Origin: Marsupella aquatica
Taxonomy: Eukaryota; Plantae; Marchantiophyta
DNA: 64,000 bases
Assembly (NCBI GenBank): GCA_973895155.1
Contig: OZ316893.1
Location: 21,312,955 to 21,376,954, forward strand
Direction: 5' to 3'
This document shows positions 61,867-64,000 of this stretch, one piece after another; positions within the stretch are counted from its first letter, which is position 1, and each line of letters opens with the position of its first letter. The notes below the pieces were generated by a model, which made no database searches, had not been told where the DNA came from, and saw only the letters and a program-made list of their open reading frames with translations. The position numbers were made by a program, and so were the translations under genes.

Positions 61867-64000
61867 TAAAATTGTATCTCTTTATTGTCATAGATGTCTT
61901 TTGTTGGCAAGTATAGTGTTTTGCTTTGGTGACGTACATGGAGACCATGGAAATGGATTTCAAAGCTTTCCTACCTTGTTTGCTTGGTTTTGAAATGAGT
62001 GGGCACCATAAACTGCTAGTAAGCATATTAATATTGCTGATAGTTAGCAGTAAGATCATACTACCTAGATCACAATGTTCAATTGTTCACAGGCTTTAGA
62101 GTTTATAATTTTTAATGAAAATTCGTACTTTATATTTCAATGTAAAAATTTATTCTTAACTCTCCGACCACAATGTTTGGCTTCAAGACATCATAGAAAA
62201 CAGTCTGTTACAGAGCAAACATTTAGGCATTTAAATAACTTGGATGACAATAGCAGGGTTTTATACAATTCTCCATTGCAATTTAGTTAAAAATTGCTTA
62301 TCAAAAGTTACACTCAAGAGCCTACAGTCTAGACTGAACCTCTAGACCATGCTATAGGTGGGGGCAAGTTTAAAAGTGAGGCAACAGGTGGGGAAGGCAA
62401 CAGTGTGCCTGAGCAAAGCTTGGGTACTCAGGCTAGTCATGTAAAATGCAAAGCTCTCCACGTGTACATGCAATCATGCATACTTGAAAGATTCACACTG
62501 TTTCATCGAAAGGCCATTTAGGGTGACACTGAATAGCTGATGGAAAGGGATATATAGGGGGTAACGAGGTAATAGCATTCAAGGTGGTGATTTATGGACT
62601 CCCCAGATTTTTTTTTGATTTGTGTGCTTCATTTATTCTCTGTAAACGAAAGACGTGGTGTACAATTTATGTCACACAGTTGTAGCTATCACAAGGAAAC
62701 TCGGGAAAGAGAAAAGAAAACTCGAAAGGAGGAGAACACGAAAGGGTGACGAACGAAAAAGAAGAAAGATCGCACGAACGAGCGACAGCGAATATCTCAC
62801 TGGAGAAAGACGGGCGGAAACTTTTCCAGTGTAGTTACGGTGTCACGAGATATATTACACTGTATTAAGCCATATTACAGCGTATTACGCCATATTAAAG
62901 TGTCAGAGACGTAACACCTCGTGTAAGAATAGCGCTGTGTCAGCCCCTGCGCTGTACAGCAGAGAGTACCAGATTCTACGCCCCTGTCACAGATATCACT
63001 GCGTAACTTGTCCTCCTCGTGTACCATCCCTCTCAATTTCCTCGCTCGACCTTCTCTCACGAGCCAATCTCCACGAGCAAATCTCCACGAGCAAATCGCC
63101 ATAGTTGTCTGTCTGCTGTCTCCTCCTGGCTCCCTGGTCGAAGGAGGAGCACCACCGCTGCCGAAAGGGAGGGGAAAGGAAAGGGAAGGGAAACTGCAGG
63201 AGAGTAGAAGACTGCGGTATGGGAGCTTCTCAATTGTCGAGGTGTGCGCGAGTGATGAGTAACTTTGTGGCGTGGGGAGACAGGTGACTGAATCAGCAGC
63301 TTGCTCTTCGTGGACCGCATGCATGCAGTCACGCACTCCAGTCCAATCCGCGGGATTGATCCGCCGATATCTTCGGTAGCGCCATCGGATCTCGTTCTAT
63401 TTTTGAGTTGCTCTCCTTCCCTTCTTATTACCGAGAAAAGTATTGTCTCTCTTCCATCCGAGGAAAGCGTCGATGGTTTCTTCGCGCTGCGTTCTCAGCT
63501 GCCGGGCTCCTCGGGATGTAGAACGAGAAGAATTATGAGGTTGGAGCAGCGGTCGCGGTTGTGATTCGTTCATTTTTGTCAGAGGAGCGGGTACATCTGG
63601 CTGTCATTTTTTGTTGAGCGCGGTTACGATTGCGGATGCGGAAATTATTATCATTCTTATTGGCAGAGGTGAGTATACTTCCGTTTTGCTTGTCTGCGTG
63701 TGTTGATCGCCTCAGTTTGTTGTGGTCCTCTGAGTGCGGGCAGGGGGCGGGAGATCGTTATACTTAATCGGATCTGCGGCAGGCCGTCTTGTGAAACAGA
63801 AGCGTAGTGAATGAATTTATATCCAAGGTTATATATAGGGTACGAACTGACGCGCTTCATGTCTTTGGCGTCGGATAGAGTAGTTGACGAGTAAGTGATG
63901 AGAAGGAATTGATTCTGTTTTCAGTTATGTGGATTCTACATAGTGGTGACAAAGAGAGCTGCGAAAATCCGATGGTGACGTTTCCAATGTAAGGATTTGC

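Noticed and set aside
62875-63564. ORFs near the window end
   Set aside because: GC-rich, promoter or 5'-leader-like sequence with short repeats (CCACGAGCAAATCT); no protein motif recognised.

Overview
Eukaryotic, intron-containing land-plant nuclear DNA; a bryophyte-like origin is my impression only. Six genes appear intact. On the minus strand: a P-class PPR gene (1767-3509), the riboflavin reductase PYRR (18267-21650, 9 exons), a MINDY/DUF544 deubiquitinase (27433-33880, 12 exons, C-terminal CaaX) and Mediator subunit MED14 (38848-47007, 7 exons). On the plus strand: two tandem FAP3-like chalcone-isomerase-fold genes (12738-13545 and 15996-16916). The first ~9 kb is a rearranged zone of gene remnants: a deletion-riddled PYRR copy, a UDP-glucose dehydrogenase fragment, a three-exon RMT2-like pseudogene, unidentified decayed frames, and short direct or inverted copies that sit directly upstream of the PPR start codon. 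A complete 6.15-kb Mutator-like element (55717-61866; ~90-bp TIRs, 10-bp TSD) carries a frameshifted transposase, a convergent accessory ORF of unknown family and internal tandem arrays. The two best leads are (i) N-terminal divergence of the FAP3 pair, where one copy has an in-frame retainable intron and the other has lost all targeting sequence, and (ii) the MULE accessory gene plus arrays, whose layout resembles the VANDAL/VANC anti-silencing arrangement. All homology calls come from manual translation and recalled motifs; no database search was run.
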